Origin: Lytechinus pictus
Lineage: Eukaryota
Direction: 5' to 3'
DNA: 64,000 nt
Assembly (NCBI RefSeq): GCF_037042905.1
Contig: NC_087263.1
Coordinates: 7,876,001 to 7,940,000 of the forward strand
Below the pieces are notes generated by a model. That model did no database searches. It was not told the DNA's origin and saw nothing but the letters and a program-made list of their open reading frames with translations. Below are positions 51,012 to 64,000 of this stretch, one piece after another; the stretch's first letter is position 1, and each line of letters opens with the position of its first letter. The position numbers and the translations under genes were made by a program.

Positions 51012-51537
51012 AAATGTGTAACATTATACATGTACAACAGCTTTTGGCAACTCTTTTATTTAAATATTTTGTGAAAGAAATGGATGAAGAGAACAATGGT
51101 AGGCGTAGCTTAAATCAAGGTTCCCCAGAGCTATCTACCCTTTGGAAAAATTGGTGATGCCGAAAAAATGTCTCTGCCGGGAATCGAACCCGGGCCCCAA
51201 GCTTTGAACGCCGGTGCCTTAATCACTAGACCACAGAGACGGGTTAGTGGCTAGGGCGACCCCGATCCAATTGACCGTCAGATAGACAGATTTTCGACAC
51301 TACCAATTATAATTTCCTTTGTCGGGTGTAGGTGGGTTGTGAATAATGACAAGCCGCCATGCCTCAGCTGGATTAAAGCTATTGCTTTGATACAGTACAC
51401 GTATGGGAGAAAGTATACAAATGTGTAACATTATACATGTACAACTCTTTTATTTAAATATTTTGTGAAAGAAATGGATGAAGAGAACAATGGTAGGCGT
51501 AGTTTAAATCAAGGTCCCCCAGAGCTATCTACCCTTT
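51012..51537 (-). mobile_element. tRNA(UCA)-carrying repeat with terminal direct repeats (inside the segmental duplicate)
   Basis: Near-identical to 5746..6283 and flanked by TA tracts. Confidence 0.8.
51169..51240 (-). tRNA. Diverged copy of the TCA-anticodon tRNA-like sequence
   Basis: Same fold; D-loop GG changed to GA, one anticodon-stem mismatch, TTTTTT downstream. Confidence 0.5.
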
Positions 51538-51578
51538 ATATATCTTTTATATATCTATCTTTATATACCTATCTACCC

Positions 51579-51635
<57 letters not shown>

Positions 51636-54600
51636 AATACAAGGAACAGTGAGCAGAAGGGGTGGATCTAGCTTTTGTCCAAGGAGGGGGTTTGACCGAG
51701 ACATTACCAAAAAAAAAAAGAAAACAGGCTTTGCTACAGAATGAAGGTAAGTTTGGTACCGAGAAATTTGACAATCAAATAAAAAAGAAAGGGTTTCACT
51801 ACCAAAATGAAGGTCATTTTGGTACCACAAATTTACAAATAAAAAAAAGAAAAAAGGTTCACTACAAATGAAGGAAATTTTTGGGTTGGCTCCAAAATGT
51901 AGTTCATAACTTATTTTTCTTGGCAGCACCAAGGGGGGGGGGGGTTAAAACCCGCTCAACCCCTTCATCCGTAGATCCGCCACTGAGTGGTGAGTGGGTG
52001 ATACCATTTACTCTGATTCTGTCATTAACACATCACTTACTTACATAGGCCTACAATCTATATATATATACATACATATATATATATTATATATATATAT
52101 ATATGTATATACATATATTTACATAACGATACTGAGCCCTTACCACCCCAACCCGAATTTTATTTTCGAAATATATTTCTATATTTCTCTCTGCACCTAC
52201 CTTTTGGCACACCTCATCATTTTGCTTATTCGAAGAGTCGTATTATATCGACCGTAATATATCCAATTTATATTCATCGCCCTTTCCCCTTCTTTCAGCA
52301 ATTTCTTTTTAATTGCACTTCAATTCCAAGATACACTTCGAGGGCTCGATTTACAGGGGAGCGAGGGCTGAAAATTACCTTAAGGTTTTGTATTTTTCAT
52401 TTATAATGTTGTGTATTCGGGATCGGTAATTAGAACTAGGAAGCGCAATGAAGAAACTCCAGATAACGTAATTGCTGTTTAAATTTTAAGCATTTATTCA
52501 AAGTAGGAGTATAGTTGAGTAGATATTAACGAAGAGTCAAAATACAGCAAGCGATGGAAACAAATATTCAGAAGTATAAAAGTTGATGTTCAACTTAAAA
52601 TCCTGAAGTTCGCCAGTCTATCTGGATGAGTGTGGGTCTAGTATTTACAGGCTCTATCTAATAACCAAGAAGTCTTATTTATATCATTAGTTTGGGGTGT
52701 AACAATTTAAGGTGGGAGGGATCTAAACTTCTTCTGATTGGTCTAAAAGTAACTGTCTATCAGACTTTCTGTGGTATAAGGGGTGTGGCGATGCTCTGTG
52801 CAGTGACTGGGGCTGGCCGTATGAGTCATACTTCTTAGGACTTTTGTTCCTTGAAGTTAGCTGACGTCACTGACGTCACTGAGGGAGTGAGGGCTGGTTT
52901 TTTATGGTCAGGGTTTAGGAGTTAAATGGTATTGGGGGTTTAGGGATTCTAAAATGACATTGGGAGAGTTTGTAAACAATTGAAGGTAAATGACCGAAAG
53001 TATAACATGAAGTTAACTACATACTACATAACAATATAATAGATGTAGTAGACTTGAATTAAAAACAATAAAATCATTTGCCAAAGAAAAGGATTTGCAA
53101 TTTACTTAAGTGTGATAACTACACTCACATTGTCTGTTTATCTGGAATGGTAATCAAAATATCACACCGATACAGGCCTATATATACCAATTGAAGAGGA
53201 AAATATCAGTCTGATTCTTCTGTTTTTGAGAAAGTAACATTATAGATTTGTTCTTGTATGGTACAAAATGGCGGGGTAGTGCAGGGTCTCGTCTCACAAA
53301 CTTTCATATTTTCGCCAAAAAATTGGAAGAATGCCCTCTGAAAAAAGCACACTGAAATTTCAAAAAAGCAATGAATGTATAAATATACATCATAGTTAGA
53401 CAATACTTAGTACAAAACATGCATAGAATATTGAAGTTACTGGCTTTCCAAAATTGTGGTTGATTGGATCAATCGCAACTCTTTCTATGACGGGGCCTGT
53501 GCAAAGGCTTACGATTGATCCGATCATCTTGAATTAAATGGAAATCCAACAATGTCATAGTTTCTTCCCCAGGAAATCTTTATGATGCATTTTGTAAACA
53601 AAGATAAATACATTGAGACAGATGGGGGTTTCCCTCATCTCATCAAAGTTACTTCCAAGCGGGAGATCTTGAAAAATGAGACTCCCGGATGTTGCTCCCG
53701 CCGTCTTCAAAAGAACCAGCTGTTTGGCACGCTTTGATATCACACAATGGACCCCTCCGTGAGCAACGAAAGAAAACGTGAAACGAACATTTATCAGGTG
53801 ATTAATAATGTGACCTCACATTTCAACCCAGATCAGACACCGCAATAGTATCCATCTCAAGAGAAACGTTTGTGGAGGAAACTTTTTCATTCTTGATCAG
53901 GTTCAGCTGTGATAGAACGTAACAACTACCATCATGACCATAAAGATTGAATTGGCCACGAGTACAAGTTGTCTGTCGCCATCATCCTAAGGAAGAAAAT
54001 AAAAATCAGCTTGCGCTTCGCGCTCGCTTACATATTCTTTATTAAAACATTAAAAAAATGTCCACTTTTCAGATCGGAATATAAAGAATTAATTTCAAAT
54101 TCAAGTCTAGAGATATAACTTCAACAATGTTTGTTTATAATAAATATGAATAAGAAACGAAACACGAACATAACATGGTTATGGCAAATAGAATTAGGTC
54201 AACGCATTTTACCACTAAGATGGTAGAAGAAAGAAAACAAAATATAAAAAAATATTTTATTATTACTTTAATTATATATATATATTCATTGGCCACCGAA
54301 TGGTCATTACATTGTCAGCAAAATCAATTCTATGTTTGTACAAAGAGTTTCATACGAACAACACATCAACAAAAATAACATGAATAATGATTAATTAACA
54401 ACAACGAAAAGGCATACACAAAAATCGTACATAGCGGTAATAATAATCTTGTAGTAGGCCTGCATGTGTGTTCAAAACTTAAGATTATAAAAAGGATAAG
54501 GAATACGTGTAGCATAATAAATGAGAAGGCTTTTATTGGCAAGATTTCTGTATTCAAAATAGATATGAATGTTGTTTAGTCCAAATAATTACAAATCATA

Positions 54601-54649
54601 AAACTGGGCTTTGTTCATTTTGCACACGACACGCGTAACCTTAGACCTT

Positions 54650-57275
54650 TGGAGAGGCAAATAACGTGAAATCCCGGATGTTTGCTTCCAGCTTGAGGCA
54701 TAAAAGGAGGTCATATTATAAGGATTTGAATGAATCTCTCCGTTCATTACAGGCATCCAATCCAAAAGAATATTGGCAATTACTCAACAGCAATAATGAA
54801 CACAAAGGAACGAAAATAGGAAATGTTTCATGAGGGGATTTTGTGAATCATTTTAGTCGTTTAGGTACAGGTATTAATAGCCAAGGTGAACAGTCCTCAA
54901 GACTGGGAGAGGATACTGAGACAGATGCTTCTTTGGATGCTCCAGTCACTTTAAAAGAAGTAGAATTGATGATTAGGAAACTTAGAAATTCAAAAGCATG
55001 TGGAAAAGACCTCACGAGAAATTAGTTTCTTAAGAGTTGTCCTGAAGAGATGCTTCATGCGTTGCTAAAGTTCTTTAATGTGGTTCTGGACAGTGGTATT
55101 GTTCCAACTAAATGGTACGTAGGTTTATCATTCCTATCTTTAAGAATAAGGGTTTAGACACTAATCCTGATAATTATAGAGGAATAACACTTCTTAGTTG
55201 CCTAGGAAAACTGTTTTACTTCCATTTTGAATTATCGAATATCACAGTTTTTCAAAGCTGCAAATATGCTAGGTGAAGAACAAGCCGGCTTTCGTTCTAA
55301 TTATTCTACAACTGATAATATTTTTGTTTTGAAGACTATATTTGCTTTTTATCTGCAAAAAAAAACCACGTGTATACTGTGCATTCGTTGATTATAAGAA
55401 AGCATTTGTTTTAATTGATAGATCATCTTTATGGTACAAAATGTTTCTGTTTCTGTTTATGGTAACTAGGAACTCGGCAGGACAGCATTTTGCTGGTAAA
55501 CGCCAAGCTGGTATATAACCAATTACCTAGGAAACATTTTACGTCTAGGTTAATCAGGTCATAGTGGCTGACGTCATAGACGACAGTTATCACTCTCGGG
55601 CCTTTTTAATCAAAGTTTTTTTTATCAATGGCAGAGTTGGGATTCGAACTCACACCCTTGCGATTATGAGTCCAATGCTCTAACCACTGGACCATACGAC
55701 CCGTGTTGAAGATGGGACTTAAGGGTAAACTCTTTACTGTTATTAAGAACATTTTGACAATGCTAAATAATGTGTAACGTCTAAGGGGGAGATGTCAGAG
55801 TTTTTTTTTTACTTGTAACACAGGAGTAAGTCAGGGAGAAAACTTGTCTCCACTTATATTTGACATTTATCTAAATGATTTCCAAGAACATATTAGAAAC
55901 TCATATGGAGGACTCAAATATTTAGAAAGTGAGATTTCTTACTTTTTGAAATCTGATAAATAAATAGCCTTGAATCTTTCTTGCTTACTTCATGCAGATA
56001 ATACAATAATTCTATCATTCTAATTATTCACAACTTTCAGCCCCTACTTTTTTTTGCAATTGTTTATATACTGTGTTTATATACTGTAGTTGATAAGGTT
56101 ATACGTATACCTACCTTTCTTATTCATGTAGGCCTATCTATTTTTTACCATTAATAATAAGATGATCAATAGTGTTTCCATGTTTTTGTATTACGCTTAT
56201 ATTTTTATGTCTTACCCTTTTTTTTATCAATATAATATGCCTATTATTATATGCCTATTATTGTAATTACCATTTTATCATGTTTTTTACACTCCAGGAC
56301 CAAGATGCAAAACAGTAATTTTATCTTTGATCTTGTGAACCTGTTTAAATATGTGTGAATAAATAAATAAAATAAATAATTCTAGCGGAAATACCAGAGG
56401 AGTTGCAAAAAGCTCTTGATTCTGTGGTTAGTTATTGTCAGACATGGCACTTAACTGTTAATGCTAGCAAAACTAAAATTGTTAGTTTCTCCCGTGGAAA
56501 GGTAAGGAGAATTCCTGAATTTGTTTATCATGTTTATGGTGGGGATCCACTTGAGGTTGTAGATGACTTTGTGTACCTTGGAGTTAAATTTAATTATAAT
56601 GGTAGTTTCAAAAATTTATAAACAGGTGACACAAGTTAGAAAAGCTCTTTATTGTTTGTTGGTCAAGGCTAAAAAATTCCAACTCTCAGTGGACACTCAG
56701 TGTCATTTATCTGATCATCTTGTTTTACCTGTTTTACTGTACGGTTGGTAAGTTTGGGGTTACGAGTCCATAGAAAATTCTTAAGAAAAATCTTACTTGT
56801 GAACAAATTTACTCCTGATTGTATGGAATATGGTGAAACTGGACGTGGGGGTAATAATGAACCATATTAAGGGTCGCATGATCGGATTCTCGTTGAGATT
56901 AGTTAAGGGAAAAGAATCCAAGCACTCATTTACAATTTTGAAATTTCTTTTGCATTTACAAGGAAACATACAATCTCCATCAAAATCACGATGGTTATCG
57001 ATTAATACAAATATATTTAATTACGCATGACTAGGGAATGTGTGGTTAGCACAGGGGAATGGATTTAGTGCTTCATGGATTTCACACAATGCTAAAGTTA
57101 GACTTTTTGATATGTTTACTCAAGAGTGGCGGGCAGTCACATGGTCAAATAGAATTTGTACAAATTGTAGAATGTTTAAGGGTACTTTACAGATCCTGTG
57201 TAAGAAAAACAACTTTGTTACTATAAGTAAATTCAGATGTCGAACAAATGGATTGCCTGTTAATAAGGGAAGGTT
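54650..57275 (+). mobile_element. Decayed non-LTR retrotransposon reverse transcriptase (RTE-X-like)
   Basis: Fragments KLRNSKACGKD, PDNYRGITLLSCLGKL, GEEQAGFRSNYSTTD, CAFVDYKKAF, GVSQGENLSP, HADN, LTVNASKTKIV, FVYLGV; many stops and frameshifts. Confidence 0.9.
55443..55702 (-). mobile_element. tRNA-derived SINE inserted in the LINE
   Basis: Minus-strand head GGGTCGTATGGTCCAGTGGTTAGAGC..GAGTTCGAATCCC; (AAACAG)n tail. Confidence 0.8.
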
Positions 57276-57277
57276 CT

Positions 57278-57592
57278 TTAATCCGAAAACGAAATAAGGT
57301 TCGTTGTTCCGAAGTTTCGATAATCCGAAAACGAAATAGGGTTCGTTGTTCCGAAGGTTCGTTAATCTGAAAACGAAATAAGGTTCGTTGTTCCGAAGGT
57401 ACGTTACTCCGAAAACGAAATAAGATTTGTTATTCTGAAGGTTCGTTAGTCCGAAAACGAAATGAGGTTCGTAATTCCGAAGGTACGTTACTCCGAAAAC
57501 GATATAAGGTTCGTTAATCCGAAGGTTCGTTAGTCCGAAAACGAAATAAGGTTCGTTAATCCGAAAATTAAATAAGGTTCATATTTCCGATA
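57278..57592. repeat. ~40-bp minisatellite
   Basis: Unit ccgaaaacgaaataaggttcgttgttccgaaggttcgttaat, about 7-8 copies. Confidence 0.9.
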
Positions 57593-58993
57593 ATGAAATT
57601 TATTCATTTTGGTAACAAGAACGGTGTTGATCATTGTTATAGTATGACGTGGACCTGGGGAGCGTTCATGAAAGAACTTGTCGGACGTTTTATCTGACAA
57701 GTCCCATTTTATCCGACAGTTACCGTAGTAACAGTGCTTCTCAGCCAATCATAATCAAGAAAAGTTGTCAGATCTGACTACTAGACAAAAATGTTGATGA
57801 AACGCTCCCCTGATACGTGTATCTAATCTACGTAAGCATGGTAAGTAGCGAATTGATGCAGGGGTTCGAAGTGGAAGGTGTGTTCTAATATCATGTTTTA
57901 ATCATGGGTTGGTATTAGTATGAAATGAAACATTTGAAAAACCCGCTAACTTTATAGTGCCTATGTTTAATTACCTGGGATTTTGTTTGCTTCGCGACGC
58001 ACGACGGGTTCATGACCACAGTAAATTTAATGACAATGCCCGTTAAATGGGAGGTCTTTGTGAAAAATTTGTGAACCGGAACGCTAGTTTTGTCCTTAGT
58101 TTCAGAGCTGACCAACAATTGCAAATATGTCGTTTTTTTCCAGACTCCAGGACGAAACTGCTGTTTTGATTCACCAAAGTTTTCGTAGTTCATCTTTGTC
58201 ATGAAAACCATTTGACAATGCTTTTTCTATGTTCTTGAATCAGCCGTGCATCGTGGAGTGAAAGCTCACTGCTGACAGGATATCAGAGTTCATATCGGAG
58301 TTCATCAAGAAGGTTATTACATTGAGTTCTGGAAAATAAAAGAGTTTGGTTGTCACGGTTCTCTATTTATTATGATAATAAAAGAAAAGAAAGGAGTATC
58401 ATAGACAGATATTTCTGCGAAAAGGTTCAATCTTTTCACAACATTCATTTTGGAGAAAAAAATGTATATATGGTCTAAAATTATCTTCATCATAGGTTTT
58501 CCTAGGAAACCACATGTTATCAATTTGAGATGGAAATTATTTTGGATAAAATATTAAACATAAAGGACACCTCCATTGTCCTGGGTGGACAAAAAGATCA
58601 CTCTTTCTTTATTAGGCTCTTAATCGGATCATAATGACGAAAAGTCCGATAGGGGAATGTGTTATTTTCTGGAATCACGCCTTATTTTCATCCCTGATGA
58701 CGTCGAATGAGCTTGGATGAACTTGAGCCTCAGGGTCCCTGGTGATGGTATGACTTCATGGATCCCCCGGGTGTAAGATGTAAGATTTTATGGACTCTAT
58801 CGACCCCCTCTCGGGGTATGAGAGTAAAAACATATTTACAATACATGAATACAAAAAACATAAGTAATAATACAAAAACATAAGTGATAATATATGTACA
58901 ATAAATAGCAGATAACATATTTACAAGTCAAGGCGTTTGACTACTCTATTACTACGCATACATTCGTAGTTCCGAAGTGTCGAAAGCTGTTGT

Positions 58994-60928
58994 GGTATCA
59001 CAGGCCTAATTCAACCCCCATAGACTCGTGTGTTAAAGTGGTACCTAAAAAAAATTCCTTAAAAATAAGGAGGAAATTCGAGGGTTGAATGTTTACTATC
59101 AGTGGATAGGATAAATGTCTGACATTCCATATCTGACCAGAAAAGGGTACCTCGACCGGCTCATTTTAAAAATAAATCAGCATTTATGAAGACTACACCT
59201 GACGGGATCAACTTCATCACTTGAGAGAGTCAAATGGCCCTATTTCTTCCGCCAGTAAAAATTTAGTTCCATAGTGGTGATATATCTTTCCAATTTGGAA
59301 AAAAGAAGTTCAGTAGGTACCCTCCCTAGAATCAGTGTTAGATTGTCAATCATATTCATTCATTTTTGTCAATCAGCAATATCAAATTACAAAATTTAGA
59401 ATGGGTTGGGTCGAATGAATATTTTTTGCCTGCCAGTTGTAATTAGGCCCGTGTGACCTTTATTGTATGACACATGGAGGCTTCTTTTTAAATTACCTCC
59501 CTGGCTTTTCTTTAACATCTGTACACTCACTTTATAGCAAAGAAATGCATGAAATATACATATATGTTATGTAATGACCAATTTTAATGTTACTCCTATA
59601 TGTCTAGTGCCCTATAGATACACACATCCTATCTGCCTATATGTAGTTCAACAATGGATGCAATGTAGGGCCCAAAATCCTATAATACAAAATTGTAGAT
59701 ATGAATATAGTGTGCATATCTGGATTCAACAACTGCCCACAATATAAATACCAGATTCACATGAGTTAAATTAGATAAAAATAAAAAGAAATGAGAATTA
59801 ACATACAAGCATACTATACATTCACATCTTCCTATGACAAGGGGTGTAAGAGAGAGAGAGAGGGGGGGGGGTTAGATGGCTTGTATTGTAAAGGGATGGG
59901 GGCTAGTCTGGCTATAGAAGTAAAAGTTAGAACAAGATAGCAGTAGCACTCATTCTCAGCCACCCCCCCCCCCCAAACATGCCTATGCCTTTCTCTACCC
60001 CCCCACTCCCTCTTGAATCCACCACTCTTTAGCCAAATTCTAAAGTTCTCTCTTCTCCATACCTTTACCATGAACCAATTTCACAACTGCAATTGATCAA
60101 GGCCTATCTAATGCTTAGTGTATCTTGTAATGGGTGCTATACACGAATACAGCAGCGGTCGTTGGTATACGAAAACACACGAAAACATGCAACGTCACAA
60201 AGACTAACGTTAGCCTACACAGTCACAGCCTAACCTAGGCTAGGTTCACAAACACAGAGTTACTAATCACAATTTTGTTACCTGTAGTGTTATACCCCCA
60301 ATGTAGCCTTGCATATAGCCATGAAGTTCAGTTTTTAGACCTCTTGATGATTGAAACATGTATACGAGTGAAAGCAATCTGCTACTGAAGAATTTGGGCA
60401 GGTATTTCATCCACTAGGGAATTTCCCTTGTAATAGGCTAGAGTCAAGGTTATATTTCTTATAGGTATCACAGGCCTAATTCAACCCCCATAGACTCGTG
60501 TGTTAAAGTGGTACCTAAAAAAAATTCCTTAAAAATAAGGAGGAAATTCGAGGGTTGAATGTTTACTATCAGTGGATAGGATAAATGTCTGACATTCCAT
60601 ATCTGACCAGAAAAGGGTACCTCGACCGGCTCATTTTAAAAATAAATCAGCATTTATGAAGACTACACCTGACGGGATCAACTTCATCACTTGAGAGAGT
60701 CAAATGGCCCTATTTCTTCCGCCAGTAAAAATTTAGTTCCATAGTGGTGATATATCTTTCCAATTTGGAAAAAAGAAGTTCAGTAGGTACCCTCCCTAGA
60801 ATCAGTGTTAGATTGTCAATCATATTCATTCATTTTTGTCAATCAGCAATATCAAATTACAAAATTTAGAATGGGTTGGGTCGAATGAATATTTTTTGCC
60901 TGCCAGTTGTAATTAGGCCCGTGTGACC
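58994..60928. mobile_element. Composite element: two apparently identical 465-bp direct repeats (58994..59458 and 60464..60928) around a ~1 kb spacer
   Basis: No differences seen between the copies by eye; each has imperfect inverted ends; TTGT is duplicated outside the whole unit. Confidence 0.75.
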
Positions 60929-61206
60929 TTGTACATGTATAATTACACACGTTTGTATACTTTCTTCCATACGTGTACTGTATCAAAGCAATAGCTTTGA
61001 TCCAGCTGAGGCATGGCGGCTTGTCATTGTTCAAAACCCACCTACACCCGACAAAACGAATTTATAATTGGTATAGTATCGAAAATCTGTCTATCTGACG
61101 GTCAGTCGGATCGGGGTCGCCCTAGCCACTAACCCGTCTCTGTGGTCTAGTGGTTAAGGCACCGGCGTTCAAAGCTGGGGGCCCGGGTTCGATTCCCGGC
61201 AGAGAC
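60929..61206 (+). mobile_element. tRNA(UCA)-carrying repeat, interrupted on both sides by other elements
   Basis: Homology to 29050..29326; its first bases (aagctgttgt) lie at 58984..58993. Confidence 0.75.
61136..61206 (+). tRNA. Second fully paired copy of the TCA-anticodon tRNA-like sequence
   Basis: Identical to 29256..29326. The 3' flank is replaced by a transposon end at 61207, so there is no T-terminator. Confidence 0.6.
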
Positions 61207-61499
61207 CAGTGGCGGATCCAGGGGGTGGTGCAGGGGGCGCGCGCCCCCCTAATATTTGAGCGGCGCCGAAGCCGCTCAAAAAAAAAATAAATAAAAGTAA
61301 AATAAAGAAAAGGCGCTGCTTGAAAATATAAAGGAAAGAAAAGAAAAGGCGCCGCTTAAAAAAAATATACACTGATATAATGTAAGCAACAGTAAGGAAA
61401 GACTATCACCCAGCAAAGCACAATCAAATCATCTTCCTTATCTTAACTACCCTTTTCCCAACAACTTCGCCGGTTAAAAATAATCAGCAGTGCGCTGCC

Positions 61500-62425
61500 T
61501 GCATAAAACTGGCGCCAATCAAGAATAATCAGCGCCACCTTAATCTAAATCGGCGCCGGACAAGAATAATCAGCGCCATTTGGTTATAAATCGGCGCCAG
61601 TCGAGAAAAATCGGCACTGCCAGAGTCTTAACCGGCGCCGATCAAGGATAATCTGCGCCACCTAAATCTAAATCGGCACCAGATAAAAATAATCGGCGCC
61701 ATCTGGTCATAAATCGGCGCCGGTACAGAAAAATCGACGCTGCCTGAGTTCTTAACCGGCGCCGATCAAGGATAATCAGCGCCACCTAAATCTAAATCGG
61801 GGCCGGACAAGAATAATCAGCGCCATCTGGTTATAAATCGGCGCTGCCTGAGTCGTAACCGGCGCCGATTAAGGATAATCTGCGCCACCTAAATCTAAAT
61901 CGGCACCAGATAAAAATAATCGGCGCCATCTGGTTATAAATCGGCGCCGGTACAGAAAAATCGACGCTGCCTGAGTTCTTAACCGGCGCCGATCAAGGAT
62001 AATCAGCGCCACCTAAATCTAAATCGGGGCCGGACAAGAATAATCAGCGCCATCTGGTTATAAATCGGCGCTGCCTGAGTCGTAACCGGCGCCGATCAAG
62101 AATAATCAGCTCCACCTAAATCTAAATCGGCGCCGGACAAGAATAATCAGCACCACCTGGTTAAAATTAAATCGGCGCCAGTCAAGAATAATCGGCGCCT
62201 CCTGGTTCTAAATCGGCGCCAGTCAATTATGAATTGCCGCTGCCTGAATCTTACGTGACGTCGGTAAAAGTAATCAGCACTTCTTGTTCTAAATCGGCGC
62301 CGGTCAAGAATAATCAGCGTCCCCTGGTTCCAATAAATAGGCGCCGGTAGAATAATGAAGAAGGGCCTATTGCCAACCAAATCTAGATCGGCGCCGGTCA
62401 AGAATGATCAGCAGCACCTGGTTAT
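61500..62425. repeat. GGCGCC-rich ~40-bp minisatellite with a higher-order ~227-bp duplication, inside an element starting cagtggcggatcc at 61207
   Basis: Repeating aaatcggcgcc..aagaataatcagcgcca units. Confidence 0.85.
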
Positions 62426-63487
62426 ACATTTTGTTGTTGAATGGTCATAACAAAGCTTATCGCATGCCCTTACAGAATGGACTGGGGCGGGGCAGGTGCC
62501 CACAGAATGACAGATGTCATGAAATCTTTAATTTATTTTAAAAATCCCAGAATCATACAAAAGCGTAGAGCAAATCCTTTAATTTTGATCTTATTTTCTA
62601 ATGCTTTAATAAAAAGAAGGTCAGTCACTTTCTTCTTTACACATTCCACATTGTGCCACCTCTATGGCCTTTAGTTTAAGACAGCTACTATAGTGTTTTA
62701 TGAAGATGATTCGATATTTTAGCCCAAAACTTTGCTAAAACCCGTTGCTAGTACCGGGAGTGTATAATTACGCAACCAGTCGTATATTGAGATTGAGCTA
62801 CACAACTCGTTCTTTATTTAAAATCGTGCTTAAATTATCCGCTTCTCAGATTGGAATATAAAAAATTTTAGCTCGCGCTTCGCGCTCGCATCATTTATGT
62901 AGCAAAACCCCATACTTTTCATGATTAAATAGGTGAATAGAATGTCCCTTTTTCAGGACTAAACGTCAAAAGAACTCCCGCTTCGATTTGCAATAATCTT
63001 TTGCTGGATATAATCTTGTTCTTTATTACAAACGTCCATTAAACTGTCCTTTTTTTTAAGATCGAAATATCAAAATTTTAAGCTCGCGCTCGCTTCTATT
63101 GTTTTTTTAGATACCCATCTTAATCATTGGTACCAAAAATGCATAGAACATCAAGCTTTCTGGTCAATATATAAAGAAAGTTCAGCTCGCCCTCGGAACT
63201 CGCATTATCTGTGTAGTGAGATATGTATCCTCCTCATGAGTTACTACAAACACTCCTAAACAGGCACCTTTTTCTTGTTTTCAGGTCAGTATACTAAAAA
63301 ATTTCAGCTCGCGCTTCGCGCTCGCATTAATTTGTTGGTGAGATATGTGTTTTTATCTCATGAGTCATATAAATATATATATATGCATATGTGTGTGTGT
63401 GTTTGTGTGAGTTTGTTTGATATCGAGCGCCTTTGGAAAGTTGATTCATGATTTTGCCCCCCAAATCTTAAAAAAGGATCGACGCCC

Positions 63488-63528
<41 letters not shown>

Positions 63529-64000
63529 CATACAGTAAAAAAAACTTGTATCTCTATTAATATACAAAAGTATTGGCCTCATCGCAATAAAAGGGTTAAT
63601 ACACGAGATTTTGAAATCGCACATAACATGCATAATTTGTGTTACTTTTTGCTTGTTTCTTTCTTTAATAAGTTTTTCAATCTCTCTCTATATATGTTTT
63701 AAAAAGATTATATGTTTAAATTGATATATATTTCTGTTATAATGAGATATGTTTAAGTGGACTTCACGGAATGGTCGTACGCAGCAAGGGGGAAGGGGGG
63801 GGGGGCACATTCGCGATCTGCTGTTGTGAAAAACAATTTTTTTCCCCTTAACATTTCATGAAAACTATGAAAATTGTGCAAATGTGAGATGTGCACCAAA
63901 TTTTCGAGTCTTGCCCCCCCCCCCGGAAATATTATCTGCGTGTGGTCATGCAAAATGGCATGACTGGAAATCATACATTTTGAAAAGAGCATTTGACAGG

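Larger units (their letters stand above)
50769..53591 (+). repeat. Segmental duplicate of 5454..9014
   Basis: Direct orientation, about 45.3 kb apart; lacks the 6585..7450 MITE. Confidence 0.9.

Noticed and set aside
61500..62425. CRISPR-like appearance of regularly spaced GGCGCC repeats (also 57278..57592)
   Set aside because: The intervening sequences are themselves repeated, there are no cas genes, and the context is eukaryotic. These are minisatellites.
61207..63490. Treating 61207 and 63490 as the two ends of one transposon
   Set aside because: The termini match only loosely and the flanks (gcagagac versus tgtatata) show no target duplication.

Overview
AT-rich, repeat-dense animal genomic DNA. 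The repeat landscape resembles a marine invertebrate such as a sea urchin; this is inference. The only well-supported protein gene is an intact, spliced, secreted subtilisin/proteinase K-type (S8A) serine protease on the + strand. It has 8 coding exons from 27888 to 50302 (377 aa: signal peptide, I9-type propeptide, D/H/S triad) and a probable 5'UTR exon ending at 25710. The rest is mostly mobile DNA: hAT-, Tc1/mariner-, Kolobok-, Harbinger- and Academ-like non-autonomous elements, LINE remnants, SINEs, a solo LTR, mini/microsatellites, and a ~3 kb duplication of the gene's 3' flank 45 kb upstream. The most unusual signal is a repeat that sits in or next to (TA)n tracts and is present 4 times. 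It carries an internal 72-nt tRNA cloverleaf with anticodon UCA (would read the UGA stop), fully paired in two copies and followed by a Pol III terminator in three. One copy is joined by an inverted repeat to a Penelope-type minimal hammerhead ribozyme, and another is interrupted by a composite-transposon-like unit.
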